Source: a bacterium
Lineage (GTDB): Bacteria > UBA10199 > 2-02-FULL-50-16 > JAJFLM01
NCBI GenBank assembly: GCA_965216315.1
Contig: CBDCFN010000015.1
Location: 384,001-448,000 of the forward strand
Length of the DNA stretch: 64,000 bases
Direction: 5' to 3'
Shown: positions 39,716-49,549 of the stretch, piece after piece
How positions within the stretch are numbered: position 1 is the first letter of the stretch
Layout of the letters: each line of letters opens with the position of its first letter
Made by a program: the position numbers and the translations under genes
Notes under the pieces: generated by a model
Seen by the model: the letters and a program-made list of their open reading frames with translations, nothing else
Database searches by the model: none
Told to the model about the DNA's origin: nothing

Positions 39716-40354
39716 TTAGGCCCCCAGCGCGACATAATGTTTCTTGTCACGCTTCTTATTAAATATCTCATTATACAAGCTCAGATAGTGTTCTTCGTTA
39801 TTCACGAAATCGAGCTTCGTACAATTGACAACAAGCAACGGACTTTCATTATAGTCAAAAAAGAAAGACTTGTAAGCCTCCAAGACGTTTTCCAGGTATT
39901 CGATTTTCAGTTTTTTTTCATAGGCGACTTTGCGTTGTTTGACGTGTTTTTTGAGCTGGTGCGCATCGGCCTCGAGGTAGATTACGAGGTCCGGTTTGGG
40001 CAGGCCTTCGATCAGCTCGGTGTAAAGCTGCCGGTAGAGTTGGAGTTCGTCGTCTTCCAAGTTGAGTTCGGCAAAGACCCAATCTTTAAGAAAGGAATAG
40101 TCGCTGATCGTAATGCCTTCCGACTCCGCTTCTCGCTGCAGGTGCTGCTGTTGCTGGTAGCGCGAGAGCAAGAACGCCAGTTGGGTTGAAAAGGCATAAC
40201 GTTGGGGGTCTTCGTAAAAGCGTTGCAAGAAGGGGTTCTCGTCTGGTTGTTCGAGAAAGAGTCGGGCATCCAGGTCCGCGGCGAGGCGTTTGGCGAGGCT
40301 GGTCTTGCCGGCCCCGATCGGGCCTTCGATTGCGATGTAGCGAGGTTGCGACAT
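39716..40354 (-). CDS. Deoxynucleoside kinase
   Basis: IEGPIGAGKT, NPFL.RFY, PDLVIYL. Confidence 0.92.
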   Translation of the reverse strand: MSQPRYIAIEGPIGAGKTSLAKRLAADLDARLFLEQPDENPFLQRFYEDPQRYAFSTQLAFLLSRYQQQQHLQREAESEGITISDYSFLKDWVFAELNLEDDELQLYRQLYTELIEGLPKPDLVIYLEADAHQLKKHVKQRKVAYEKKLKIEYLENVLEAYKSFFFDYNESPLLVVNCTKLDFVNNEEHYLSLYNEIFNKKRDKKHYVALGA

Positions 40355-40490
40355 ATAGGATGGCTCTACCAGACCGAAGGGGCATTGTCTAAGAATTGCG
40401 TAATATGCGACCAAATTGGTCATCTATTGCATTTCCCGCTATAATCTGGTTGACTCAGCGATTCAGGGCACAATGGAGAGGACTTGATAA

Positions 40491-42602
40491 GTGATTAGAA
40501 ACACTCAGGAATTACAAGGGGCTTGGGCCAAACAAATCGAAGAATTTGAGCAGGCGGTCCAGGATTTTCTCGCTCAAAAGATCAGCGACGCCAAATTTCA
40601 GCGCATGCGACTCCAGAATGGGGTCTATGGTCAACGCCAAGATGGTGTCCAGATGATCCGCATTAAGATTCCTTACGGGGGTCTCAGTGCCGAGCAATTT
40701 GAACGCATCGCGGACGTCTGTGAAAAGTATTCTAAGGGCGTCGCCCACATCACGACCCGTCAGGATATTCAAATTCATTTTGTCCAAGTGACGAACGCGC
40801 CGGCTTTGATGCGCGATCTCGGCGAGGTTGGCATTACCACCCGCGAAGCCTGCGGCAATACCGTGCGTAATGTCACGGCCTGTCCCTATGCCGGCTGTGC
40901 CGCCGACGAGCCCTTTGATGTGACGCCTTATGCGCAGGCCTTTGCCTACCACATGCTCTGGAATCCGATTTGTCAGAACATGAGTCGCAAATTCAAAGTT
41001 GCCTTTGAAGGCTGCCATGAAGACCATGCGCGTATTCGTATCCATGACATTGGCTTGCAGGCCCGCATTCAAGACGGCAAACGCGGGTTTAAAGTCTATG
41101 TGGCGGGAAGCCTTGGTTCCTCCCCGATGACGGGGCATCTTTTTTATGAGTTTATGCCGGTGGAAGAGATGATTCCCTTTGCCGAGTCAATCTTACGCGT
41201 CTTTGATCGTTATGGGGAACGCAAGACCCGTTCAAAGGCGCGGATGAAATTTGTCGTCAAGACCTTGGGCTTTGAAAAGTTCAAGGAACTCGTCGACGCC
41301 GAGCGGGCTGCGCTCAAGGTGGACCCGGCTTGGAACGATTATCTCAAGACTATTTCAGATAGCGAGCAAAGCGAGCGAGAGGGGGAGGCTCGGCGAGGTC
41401 CCCTTGCCGAGGGGGCGACGCAAGCCCCTATAATCGCTGAGACGCCGGACTATCTTGAATGGAAGCAAAGCAACGTGCGCCCTCAGGGCCAGGACGGGTA
41501 CTCAATGGTCGATATTCGTTTACCACTCGGGGATATGGTGCCGGATCAAATGCGCCCGCTGGCCGGATTGTTGCGCCAATACGCTAATGGAAAGATACGG
41601 ATGACGATCGAACAAAACATGGTCGTGCGTTGGGTTCGCAACGAAGACCTGCCGTCATTCTATCAAGAGCTCAAAAAACTTAAGATGCATCATGCGGGTG
41701 TCGATTCCGTCTATGATATCCTCGCCTGCCCGGGCACGGATACCTGCCGTTTGGGCATTGCCGGATCACGTCCCTTGGCTTCGGTGCTCGAAGAACGACT
41801 CCAAGCTGAAAATGGAAAGATCTCCGAGCTGGCAAAAGACATCCACATCAAGATCTCCGGTTGCCCGAATTCGTGCGGCCAACATCATTTGGGTCAGATT
41901 GGTTTTCACGGGGCGGCCTTGCCGCAAAAGGGTCATGTTGTACCGGCCTTTCAACTTCATCTCGGTGGTGGGGCCACTCCGGATAAGACGACGATCGGTC
42001 AGATTGTCATGAAGATCCCTTCCAAAAACGTCCCGGAGGCGACGGTGCGTTTGATCACGCACTATGCGGAACAGCGCCGGGACGGCGAAGAATTTAACGC
42101 CTTTTATGCGCGCATCGGTCGCGAGGCGACGCAAGAACTTCTGCATGAATTCGAGCAAGTGAAGACACACGAAGAAGATCCTGAATTCTACGTCGATTGG
42201 GGGGACAAAGAAGAGTTTGGGTTGCAGAAAGGTGTCGTCGGCGAATGCGCGGGTTCCCCAGTCTCCGATGTTGTACCGGTACTGGCCGATGCGGAGGCCC
42301 CGCTCGAACAGGCGCGGGCCTTGTCGAAGCACGGCGAACATGATGCCGCCATGGCCAAGGCCTACGAAGCGATCGCCAAGGCCGCGGATGTCTTGCTCTA
42401 CACCAAGATGGTGCAGACCTTTAACTCTTTAGAGAGCATTCAGGAGTTTGATAATCATTTTGTGCGTACCGGGGAATTCAAAGAGCTCGACGGCTTTCGC
42501 GCGGATATGGACAGCTTGATTGCGGCCGCTCCGAGTGAGGCGAGTGCCCAGGCCTTGATTGAAAAGGCCGAGGCTGTCTTTGGCCACGTCAGAGCGAAAT
42601 AG
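40491..42602 (+). CDS. Ferredoxin nitrite/sulfite reductase hemoprotein with C-terminal extension
   Basis: GVYGQRQ, TTRQDIQ, CPGTDTC, ISGCPNSCGQH. Confidence 0.92.
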   Translation: MIRNTQELQGAWAKQIEEFEQAVQDFLAQKISDAKFQRMRLQNGVYGQRQDGVQMIRIKIPYGGLSAEQFERIADVCEKYSKGVAHITTRQDIQIHFVQVTNAPALMRDLGEVGITTREACGNTVRNVTACPYAGCAADEPFDVTPYAQAFAYHMLWNPICQNMSRKFKVAFEGCHEDHARIRIHDIGLQARIQDGKRGFKVYVAGSLGSSPMTGHLFYEFMPVEEMIPFAESILRVFDRYGERKTRSKARMKFVVKTLGFEKFKELVDAERAALKVDPAWNDYLKTISDSEQSEREGEARRGPLAEGATQAPIIAETPDYLEWKQSNVRPQGQDGYSMVDIRLPLGDMVPDQMRPLAGLLRQYANGKIRMTIEQNMVVRWVRNEDLPSFYQELKKLKMHHAGVDSVYDILACPGTDTCRLGIAGSRPLASVLEERLQAENGKISELAKDIHIKISGCPNSCGQHHLGQIGFHGAALPQKGHVVPAFQLHLGGGATPDKTTIGQIVMKIPSKNVPEATVRLITHYAEQRRDGEEFNAFYARIGREATQELLHEFEQVKTHEEDPEFYVDWGDKEEFGLQKGVVGECAGSPVSDVVPVLADAEAPLEQARALSKHGEHDAAMAKAYEAIAKAADVLLYTKMVQTFNSLESIQEFDNHFVRTGEFKELDGFRADMDSLIAAAPSEASAQALIEKAEAVFGHVRAK
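41360..41432 (-). repeat. Family A repeat, in-frame in reductase
   Basis: Translates as SEQSEREGEARRGPLAEGATQAPI. Confidence 0.9.
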
Positions 42603-43052
42603 CTACGCGATCACCTTGAGCGACCGGATCTCCTGAAAATCTTGATCAAAGGTGACGAGGTGCACTTTTGGTACTTCCTTGAGAAATAGCAGTATCAAAA
42701 CGTCATGGAAATTAAAACGGCCCTGGTGACGTGTCATGGTAGTGATAATTGTCTTGTAGTGAGTGGGAATCAATTCGTAGAGGCAAAGGATCGGGTAATC
42801 GCTAATTGCGGCGCGGAATCGCTTGGTGAAATTGGCAAATTCGGCCTGCAGGCCTTTGGATTCGCAGCGTTTCGCAAAGACGCTCAAGACTTCGTTAATG
42901 ATGGCATCGCTAATAAAAAATTGGACTTCGACAGTTTGGATTTCCGTCAATAAATGAACGGCCCGTGCGTGATGGACATCGCGGGCGTCCAAGAGGGCGA
43001 CCAGAAAATTGGCATCCAGCAGATATTGCGGGAGCTTATTCGAAATACGCAT
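42603..43052 (-). CDS. PIN-domain (VapC-like) toxin
   Basis: LLDANFL, E, NFHD, VTFDQDF. Confidence 0.85.
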   Translation of the reverse strand: MRISNKLPQYLLDANFLVALLDARDVHHARAVHLLTEIQTVEVQFFISDAIINEVLSVFAKRCESKGLQAEFANFTKRFRAAISDYPILCLYELIPTHYKTIITTMTRHQGRFNFHDVLILLFLKEVPKVHLVTFDQDFQEIRSLKVIA

Positions 43053-43272
43053 CGGCATCTTCGACCGCATCGCCACCGAGGGAGACGATGCCAACCAGCT
43101 TCTTGAGATCTTGTTGGGGTGGCTGCTTGATCGGACGCACTGAGTCTTCTTTTTCCAAGAAATCGCGGATCAAGGCCATTACCAAGCCGGTCTTTTTGTA
43201 GCCTTGTTCCCGACAAACTTGGTCCAGTTTTTTCGCCAGTTCAGGCTCAAGTCGTAGGGTAAATGCGGACAT
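43036..43272 (-). CDS. RHH antitoxin (VapB-like)
   Basis: FTLRLEPEL..KLD; overlaps the PIN gene. Confidence 0.8.
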   Translation of the reverse strand: MSAFTLRLEPELAKKLDQVCREQGYKKTGLVMALIRDFLEKEDSVRPIKQPPQQDLKKLVGIVSLGGDAVEDADAYFE

Positions 43273-43339
43273 GTCATTTATCTCCTCTGTACATTAATGG
43301 TATCAAAAGGTATCATTTGATGCAAGAAGGTTGCTTAAT

Positions 43340-43367
43340 AAAAAAGGCGGCCCTAAGGCCGCCCTTT
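43340..43367 (-). terminator. Intrinsic terminator
   Basis: aaaaaaggcggccctaaggccgccc hairpin after the aldolase gene. Confidence 0.7.
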
Positions 43368-43382
43368 AATGCAAATCTTGAC

Positions 43383-43406
43383 GGGCGCAGCAAGCAGCGC
43401 CCCTAC
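43383..43406. repeat. GTAG REP-like element (intergenic)
   Basis: Reverse complement gtaggggcgctgcttgctgcgccc. Confidence 0.75.
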
Positions 43407-43412
43407 AATCAA

Positions 43413-44420
43413 CTATTCAACCTCAAACAAATCTTTCCAGGGCTTCGCGCCTTTTTCGAGGACGTCGTTGAGCATCTGGATATTCTGCACCCCGCGGTCT
43501 TGGAGCCAGGTTTCCAGTCCGGCTGCGCCTTCTTTACCGAAAATCGGAATGCCTTCTTTCCAGGTGGCTCGTCCGCAGAGCACGCCGTTGTAGGACACAC
43601 CCGCTTCACCCGCCAACTCGAGACTCTCGCGGAACTCCGCATCACTGACCCCGGCGGAGAGGTAGATGAAAGGCAGCTTGGTGGCACTCGCGGCCTCGCG
43701 GTAATGGGCGAGGGCGTCTTGCATTGAATATGCGACCTGGCCGGCAAAAGAGCGGCTTCCCTCGATGCACTTGACGTTGACCGGGATCTCCACCTTGAGG
43801 ACCGAGACGTGATACTTAGGGTCGGAATATTCCGCCATGCTTTTGGCGACAATCTCCGGTTTTTTCTTGGCGTATTCGACATCGGTCTTGGGGTCTTCAT
43901 CGTTGAGGCCGTAACCGACAAACTCCAAGAAGAAGGGCATGTCATGGGCATCACATTCTTCCCCGACCTTTTGGGTGAAGTCGTGTTTTTGCGCGTTGAT
44001 GCCGGCGTCTTCATCCGGGTGATAATAGATCAACAGTTTAATCGCGTCGGCGCCGGCTTCCACGGCTTGGGCGACGCTCCAGTTCTCTAAGAGTTGAGGC
44101 ATCTTGCCGGGGACGGCATTGTCATAACCGGTCTGTTCGTAGGCCAGGAGCAGGCCCGCGTTTTCGCTGCGCTGCTTGGCGGCTTCAAGGCCGTATTCAG
44201 GATCCAATAAAATGGCGCTGGCATAAGGGGTCAGGACTTTCGTGACCACCGTTTTGAATTCCGCCATCACTTCATCGGTGATTTCCGATGGCGTCAGCCC
44301 TCGCTCTTTGGCGATGGACTTTTTGAGTGAGCCGCGCTGATCCATGGCGGCGGCTGAGATATATCCCTTGTCGTGGCTCAATCTGAGCATGCGGTCGAAT
44401 TTCTTTTTACTGATCTTCAT
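43413..44420 (-). CDS. lacD: Tagatose-1,6-diphosphate aldolase (class I)
   Basis: MDQRGSL, ILLDPEYG, LKVEIPVN, YLSAGV, GVLCGRATW. Confidence 0.9.
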   Translation of the reverse strand: MKISKKKFDRMLRLSHDKGYISAAAMDQRGSLKKSIAKERGLTPSEITDEVMAEFKTVVTKVLTPYASAILLDPEYGLEAAKQRSENAGLLLAYEQTGYDNAVPGKMPQLLENWSVAQAVEAGADAIKLLIYYHPDEDAGINAQKHDFTQKVGEECDAHDMPFFLEFVGYGLNDEDPKTDVEYAKKKPEIVAKSMAEYSDPKYHVSVLKVEIPVNVKCIEGSRSFAGQVAYSMQDALAHYREAASATKLPFIYLSAGVSDAEFRESLELAGEAGVSYNGVLCGRATWKEGIPIFGKEGAAGLETWLQDRGVQNIQMLNDVLEKGAKPWKDLFEVE

Positions 44421-44438
44421 TGAGTGAATCCTCCTAAA

Positions 44439-45626
44439 TTAACTTAATGCTTCCTTCATTCTCTTTAAGCCTGCTTTGATGTTTTCCATCGAGGTGGCAT
44501 AGGAAAATCTGACATAACCCTCGGCCCCAAAACCGATCCCCGGAACGACGGCAATCTTGGCCTGGTCGAGTAAATAGTCGGCGAGTTCTGTTGAGGTACT
44601 AATTGTCTGGCCTCCAAACGCTTTTCCGAACAGGCCACTGACGTTGGGAAAGACGTAAAAGGCGCCTTGGGGGGTCGAACATGAGACGCCCTCAATCTCA
44701 TTGAGTCCCGCGACGATGACGTCGCGTCGCTTTTGAAACTCTGCGACCCAATCGTTGAGAAAATCTTGGGGGCCGTCGTAGGCGGCGACGCAGGCCCACT
44801 GGGTCGCCGTGGCGATATTGGTTGTGACCTGCCCCTGGAGTTTGGCGCAGGCCCGCATGATTTCGCGCGGTCCGGCGACAAAACCCATGCGCCAGCCCGT
44901 CATGGAATAACATTTACTGGCGCCGCTGCAGACGATGCTCCGCTCTTGCATGCCGGGTTGCTCAGCGATGCTGCTAAATTCAAACCCGTCGTAGATGATT
45001 TTTTCGTAGATATCGTCAGTTACGACCAGAACGTCGCGCTTTTTGAGGACCTCGGCGAGGGCCCCCAGTTCATCGCGGCTGTAAGCAGCACCTGTCGGAT
45101 TGGAAGGGGAGTTTAAAACAAAGTATTGCGTTTTTTCAGTGATGGCGGCGTCCAGTTGTTCGGGCGTGACCTTGAAACCGTTGCGGTCGGATGTCTCGAT
45201 GATGACCGGCTTGGCATCGTTGAGTTCAACTTGGGGTGGATAGCTCACCCAGTAAGGGGCTGGGATGATGACTTCGTCGCCCGCTTGCAAAAGGACCTGG
45301 GCTAAATTGTACAGGGAGTGTTTGCCCCCGCAGGACACAACGATCTGGTCCGGTTCGTACTTGAGGCCCTGATCCCGTTCCAACTTGTTGATGATTGCGG
45401 CCTTGAGTTCGGGGATGCCATCAGCGGCCGTGTACTTGGTTTTGCCGGCCTTGAGGGATTCGACGGCCGCGGCCTTAATATGTTCCGGCGTATCAAAATC
45501 CGGTTCACCGGCGCCAAAGCCAATCACATCAATACCATCCGCCTTCATTTGTTTGGCCTTGGTTGTGATGGCCACTGTCGGTGAGGGCTGGATGCGTCCG
45601 ATGCGTTCTGAGAGTCGGTAAGCCAT
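44439..45626 (-). CDS. Aspartate aminotransferase (class I/II)
   Basis: GAGEPDF, SPSNPTG, SKCYSMTGWR. Confidence 0.93.
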   Translation of the reverse strand: MAYRLSERIGRIQPSPTVAITTKAKQMKADGIDVIGFGAGEPDFDTPEHIKAAAVESLKAGKTKYTAADGIPELKAAIINKLERDQGLKYEPDQIVVSCGGKHSLYNLAQVLLQAGDEVIIPAPYWVSYPPQVELNDAKPVIIETSDRNGFKVTPEQLDAAITEKTQYFVLNSPSNPTGAAYSRDELGALAEVLKKRDVLVVTDDIYEKIIYDGFEFSSIAEQPGMQERSIVCSGASKCYSMTGWRMGFVAGPREIMRACAKLQGQVTTNIATATQWACVAAYDGPQDFLNDWVAEFQKRRDVIVAGLNEIEGVSCSTPQGAFYVFPNVSGLFGKAFGGQTISTSTELADYLLDQAKIAVVPGIGFGAEGYVRFSYATSMENIKAGLKRMKEALS

Positions 45627-46111
45627 TACAGTAACTTTTCCTTTAAGCGTTTTTCGACCCGGGGATCCAACATGCCTTCACAGGACCCACCGTACTTGAC
45701 AATTTCTTTGATCAAGGTCGAACTCAAATGGGAATAGCGCGATTCCGTCATCATAAAAATCGTGTCGATCGAGTCATCGAGTTTGCGATTGGCATGCGCC
45801 ATTTGGAATTCGTATTCGTAGTCGCTCACGGTGCGCAAACCGCGGAGGATGGCATTGGCGTTACGTGATTTGGCATAATCGACCAAGAGCTTGTCCGTGA
45901 AGCTATCGATAATCACGCGATCGTTGTCACCCAAGAGTTCGCGGAGCAATCCCTCGCGTTCTTCCACAGTGAACACCGTCTGTTTGGTTGAATTGACGGC
46001 GATCGCGACGATGATCTGATCAAACAGCTCCAACCCGCGTTCCACGATATTCACGTGGCCGTGGGTGATCGGATCAAAGCTCCCCGGATAAATGGCAACA
46101 CTCGCGCTCAT
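45626..46111 (-). CDS. coaD: Phosphopantetheine adenylyltransferase
   Basis: YPGSFDPITHGH, RGLR..SDYEYE. Confidence 0.97.
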   Translation of the reverse strand: MSASVAIYPGSFDPITHGHVNIVERGLELFDQIIVAIAVNSTKQTVFTVEEREGLLRELLGDNDRVIIDSFTDKLLVDYAKSRNANAILRGLRTVSDYEYEFQMAHANRKLDDSIDTIFMMTESRYSHLSSTLIKEIVKYGGSCEGMLDPRVEKRLKEKLL

Positions 46112-46167
46112 TGCGAATTGTGTCTACGATAGGGAAAGCGCGGCCGCAAGGGCTTTCTCCAAGCCGG

Positions 46168-46707
46168 CTATATCCTTTCCAAAAAGCTAATCAGGGTCTG
46201 TCCATAGGTCCGGGTTTCATCGACCTTAAAGTCGTCAGTCGCCTTAATGGGTTCGCGGGGGGAATGCTCGACGATGATGAGGCCATTATCCGCAAGAAGG
46301 GGGCCGAGCTCGTTGAGCGTCCTCATTACGAGCCCCTCGTCATAAGGTGGATCGACAAATATTAGGTCGAAGTTGACCCTTTTCTCTCCCAGCTTTTGGA
46401 GGGTTTGGTCAACGCTGAGTGGCACGATCTCGGCCTGGCTGGTAAAGTCGCAGGTCTCCAGATTCTTTTGCAAGGCGATGATGGCTTGACGGCTATTATC
46501 GACAAAAGTCGCATGACTTGCCCCGCGGGAGAGGGCCTCAATGCCGATGGCCCCGCAGCCGGCGAAGAGATCCAGAACAGTGCAACCGTTGATATCCCCC
46601 AGGATATTGAAGATAGCCTCTTTGACCTGGGCGAGAGCAGGGCGCGTGCCCGGCCCCTTGGGGGCGACGAGTTTGCGATTTTTTGCGGAGCCGGCAATAA
46701 CGCGCAT
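46168..46707 (-). CDS. rsmD: 16S rRNA m2G966 methyltransferase
   Basis: MRVIAG, LDLFAG, DPPY. Confidence 0.93.
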   Translation of the reverse strand: MRVIAGSAKNRKLVAPKGPGTRPALAQVKEAIFNILGDINGCTVLDLFAGCGAIGIEALSRGASHATFVDNSRQAIIALQKNLETCDFTSQAEIVPLSVDQTLQKLGEKRVNFDLIFVDPPYDEGLVMRTLNELGPLLADNGLIIVEHSPREPIKATDDFKVDETRTYGQTLISFLERI

Positions 46708-46862
46708 ACTTAGTCGTAGTTTTTTTTATTTGCGAACGCAATCCCACTGCGTTGTGAACCGATAAGGCAACAAGTCTAGGGACTTGAACATTTTACATTC
46801 ATTTTACTTGTTTGGGGACCGCAGCGGGATTATATATCTAAGAATAACAAAGGAATAAAACC

Positions 46863-47453
46863 ATTATCAAACAATTCACAAAATACATCAGTGTTGTTGG
46901 CATCGCATTTTTTGTCCTCAATGGTTGCGGGAATACCTTTGGTCCGGAGCCATTGAATCCCAATTTCCCGAGTCTCGGTGATACCGGTATTGAGCCGTCG
47001 GCTTCGGTTGACATTAATAGCCAGGGCCAAGTGATCGATATTGCACCGAGTATCGAAGATAATGTTGCCACAGGAATTACGGACTTCAGCGGCGCGGTCG
47101 GAACGATTGCCGATCAAAGCGAGGAGAGCGTACTCTGCGTGATTCTCGACGGCGAAGGCGGCAATGTGGATCTCGCTGTCTGTGATGCGGAGAGCGCCAA
47201 TCGTGAGACGAGTTCGGCCGACAAGGTCTGTCCGGACACGATCGGCGCCAGCCATTGTGTCTCGGTCGTGGGCTCGCGGGAGCCTGATTTTTGCACGGTT
47301 ACGGGGGCGCGTGACTATGTTTTTTCCATCATCAATCGCACAGCCAGTGAAGTGAGGGCCGCCTACCAAGTCGTTGATGTGACGCTCCTGCCCAATCAAT
47401 CCTGCGAAGACCTTAATATTACTGAGGATTCTATAATTGCGGATACGCAGTAG
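46863..47453 (+). CDS. Lipoprotein, probable ATT start
   Basis: In-frame IKQFTKYISVVGIAFFVLNG-C lipobox upstream of the track start; AAGGA 8 nt before ATT. Confidence 0.6.
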   Translation: MIKQFTKYISVVGIAFFVLNGCGNTFGPEPLNPNFPSLGDTGIEPSASVDINSQGQVIDIAPSIEDNVATGITDFSGAVGTIADQSEESVLCVILDGEGGNVDLAVCDAESANRETSSADKVCPDTIGASHCVSVVGSREPDFCTVTGARDYVFSIINRTASEVRAAYQVVDVTLLPNQSCEDLNITEDSIIADTQ

Positions 47454-47477
47454 AGGCGCTTCGCGAAGCGCCTCTAC
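47450..47477. repeat. GTAG palindrome
   Basis: Perfect palindrome gtagaggcgcttcgcgaagcgcctctac; supplies the TAG stop. Confidence 0.7.
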
Positions 47478-47518
47478 ATGCCTTGACAAGCGGATGAATA
47501 GCCACTAGACAGAGCCCC

Positions 47519-48343
47519 ATGAGACAGAAACCTTTATTTTTTGCGGGTTTGCTGCTGGCCGTGTTCTTGAGTCACGGTGTCCGAGCAGAAACAATTTATA
47601 AGACACGTTTCGACAAAATAATGCTCGTTCCGGTGGATAAGAGTATTACGCAAGGCGAGCCGGTGGATCATCCGGCGACCATCAGTGAGGCCAAGGTCTA
47701 CAATATGCTCGGCTCGTTGCGCTTCGATCGCCGCGCGCTTATTTTAAAAGATGTTGAGGACATTCGCCTCTTCGATCAACGTGGCCTCAAGCTGCTATCT
47801 CCTTACATTGCGCAGGCCTTGCAACAAGCGAATTCGGACCAGATGGTGCAATTCGTTTATATTAAGAAAGCACCTAAGTGGCGGGTCTTTCGCAATGATC
47901 GGCTCATCAGCGCCAAGCTCTATGTTAGAGGGGGCGAGATGTACATGCATTTCACTAAGCTGTACGCCAAGATCTTCGGCGATTATCAACGCCAAGGGAA
48001 AGAACAACGCTTCTTGCAAAAGGCCAAAGATGTCCGGGTCTCTCTAGCTCCCAAGCCGGGACAACGAACCCTCGAGTCGAAATTCGTTGCACTTAAAATA
48101 GACCATGATTTCAAGTCCGACTTAGCTGCGATTGCGGCCGAGGAAGAGGCTGCTAAGCAAGCCGCTGAAGAGGCTGAAAAGGTCAGAGGTGTCCCGGTGC
48201 CGGACTCCACCGCGTCGGTGCCGAAGGCTCCGGATCAGGAGTCTGAAAAACGATTGCAGACCCTCAAAGAGTTGCGGAAGAAAAAGTTGATCTCGGAGCG
48301 TGAATATCAGCAGAAGCGCAAAGAGATTATTGGTGAGATTTAA
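47519..48343 (+). CDS. Secreted SHOCT-domain protein
   Basis: Signal peptide; LQTLKELRKKKLISEREYQQKRKEII. Confidence 0.85.
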   Translation: MRQKPLFFAGLLLAVFLSHGVRAETIYKTRFDKIMLVPVDKSITQGEPVDHPATISEAKVYNMLGSLRFDRRALILKDVEDIRLFDQRGLKLLSPYIAQALQQANSDQMVQFVYIKKAPKWRVFRNDRLISAKLYVRGGEMYMHFTKLYAKIFGDYQRQGKEQRFLQKAKDVRVSLAPKPGQRTLESKFVALKIDHDFKSDLAAIAAEEEAAKQAAEEAEKVRGVPVPDSTASVPKAPDQESEKRLQTLKELRKKKLISEREYQQKRKEIIGEI

Positions 48344-49464
48344 AGAATTTCAAACTCTTTGGAGATCTTGCTTAATATCTCGGCCCCGCCTCGTTTGACG
48401 AGTAGATCGTCTTCAATTCTTATCCCCCCGATCTCAGGATAGTAGAGTCCCGGCTCAACCGTGACCACCTGGCCCGCCAGCAATTTGTTTTTGAGGGCGC
48501 TGACCCGCGGGTATTCGTGAATATCGAGTCCGAGACCATGACCGGTCGAATGAATAAATCCTTGGAGGGAACCGTTCTTGCGGGTGGTCATGAAGCCGTG
48601 TTCTTCGAGGACACGGACCGCGGTGCGATGCACAGTGGACCCATCGACGTTGTGACGAACTTTTTTAGCGGCTGTGGCTTGGGCCTCGCGGACAGCCTGA
48701 TACATCTCTTTAAGCTTATCCGGTGCGCGACCCCGGCAGACAGAACGCGCGACGTCCGCGTGATAGCCGGTTTTTTCGCAGCGCGGAAATACATCCATCA
48801 CGATCGATTCGTGGGCGCGCAAGGGCCCGGATCCTTCGCAGTGGGGATCGGCCCCCTGCTTGCCACCGGCGACGATCGTGTGGCGACCGATATAACCTTG
48901 CTCCATGAGTTTGACGTTGATCACTTGTTTGAGCCGTTCACTGGTGAGGGGGCGATTTTGCCAATAGAGCCGCTTGTTTTTAATCTTTGATTTTTTCAAC
49001 GTCAGCTTGGCTTCGTTAATGGCCCGTTCCGTAGCACGTATCGCCTTGCGTATCGCTTCAACCTCGTCTTTGCGTTTGATGGAGCGCTTAGGAAAAAAAG
49101 GCTCGGGACCAATAGCAACCCGATAGCGTTTCCGACGCAGCCCTTCGGCATAGACGAGGTTGAAGTCGACGGGGACGATCAGCGATTGAATTTTGAGTTT
49201 CTTGAGGGCCGCGTCGACATAGTCGATAAAAGTTACACCCTTTTTTTTGCGCATGCCCTTTGCGAGTTCATTGTAAGAAATCACTCCGTGGACATTAGCT
49301 TCTTTCTTGGCCCGTGCGTATTCGAGGTCCGAGAGGACGAGGTACTTCCGCGCACCCTTCTGAATGAAAATGCAGGGGTCGGGGACGAAGAAGCCGGTGG
49401 CCCAGAGGAGGTTGGCGTCCGACTCGGAATCGGCAATGATGAGGCGGTTTTTAGCGACACCCAT
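48340..49464 (-). CDS. Xaa-Pro peptidase (M24)
   Basis: HSTGHGLGLDIHE, TVEPGLY, GIRIED. Confidence 0.93.
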   Translation of the reverse strand: MGVAKNRLIIADSESDANLLWATGFFVPDPCIFIQKGARKYLVLSDLEYARAKKEANVHGVISYNELAKGMRKKKGVTFIDYVDAALKKLKIQSLIVPVDFNLVYAEGLRRKRYRVAIGPEPFFPKRSIKRKDEVEAIRKAIRATERAINEAKLTLKKSKIKNKRLYWQNRPLTSERLKQVINVKLMEQGYIGRHTIVAGGKQGADPHCEGSGPLRAHESIVMDVFPRCEKTGYHADVARSVCRGRAPDKLKEMYQAVREAQATAAKKVRHNVDGSTVHRTAVRVLEEHGFMTTRKNGSLQGFIHSTGHGLGLDIHEYPRVSALKNKLLAGQVVTVEPGLYYPEIGGIRIEDDLLVKRGGAEILSKISKEFEIL

Positions 49465-49516
49465 AGCACTACCTTAATATATGGGGCCTCTGAGTGGAAG
49501 CATTCTCTGTTAGACA

Positions 49517-49543
49517 ACAACTTCTGGCGCGCTGCGGCGATAA
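49517..49543 (+). promoter_or_regulatory. sigma28-like promoter
   Basis: ACAAC-N14-GGCGATAA, 6 nt before GTG 49550. Confidence 0.6.
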
Positions 49544-49549
49544 GGGGCC

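Noticed and set aside
43413..44420. lacD as evidence of a tagatose pathway
   Set aside because: No lacABC or PTS genes nearby; may act as a general class I aldolase
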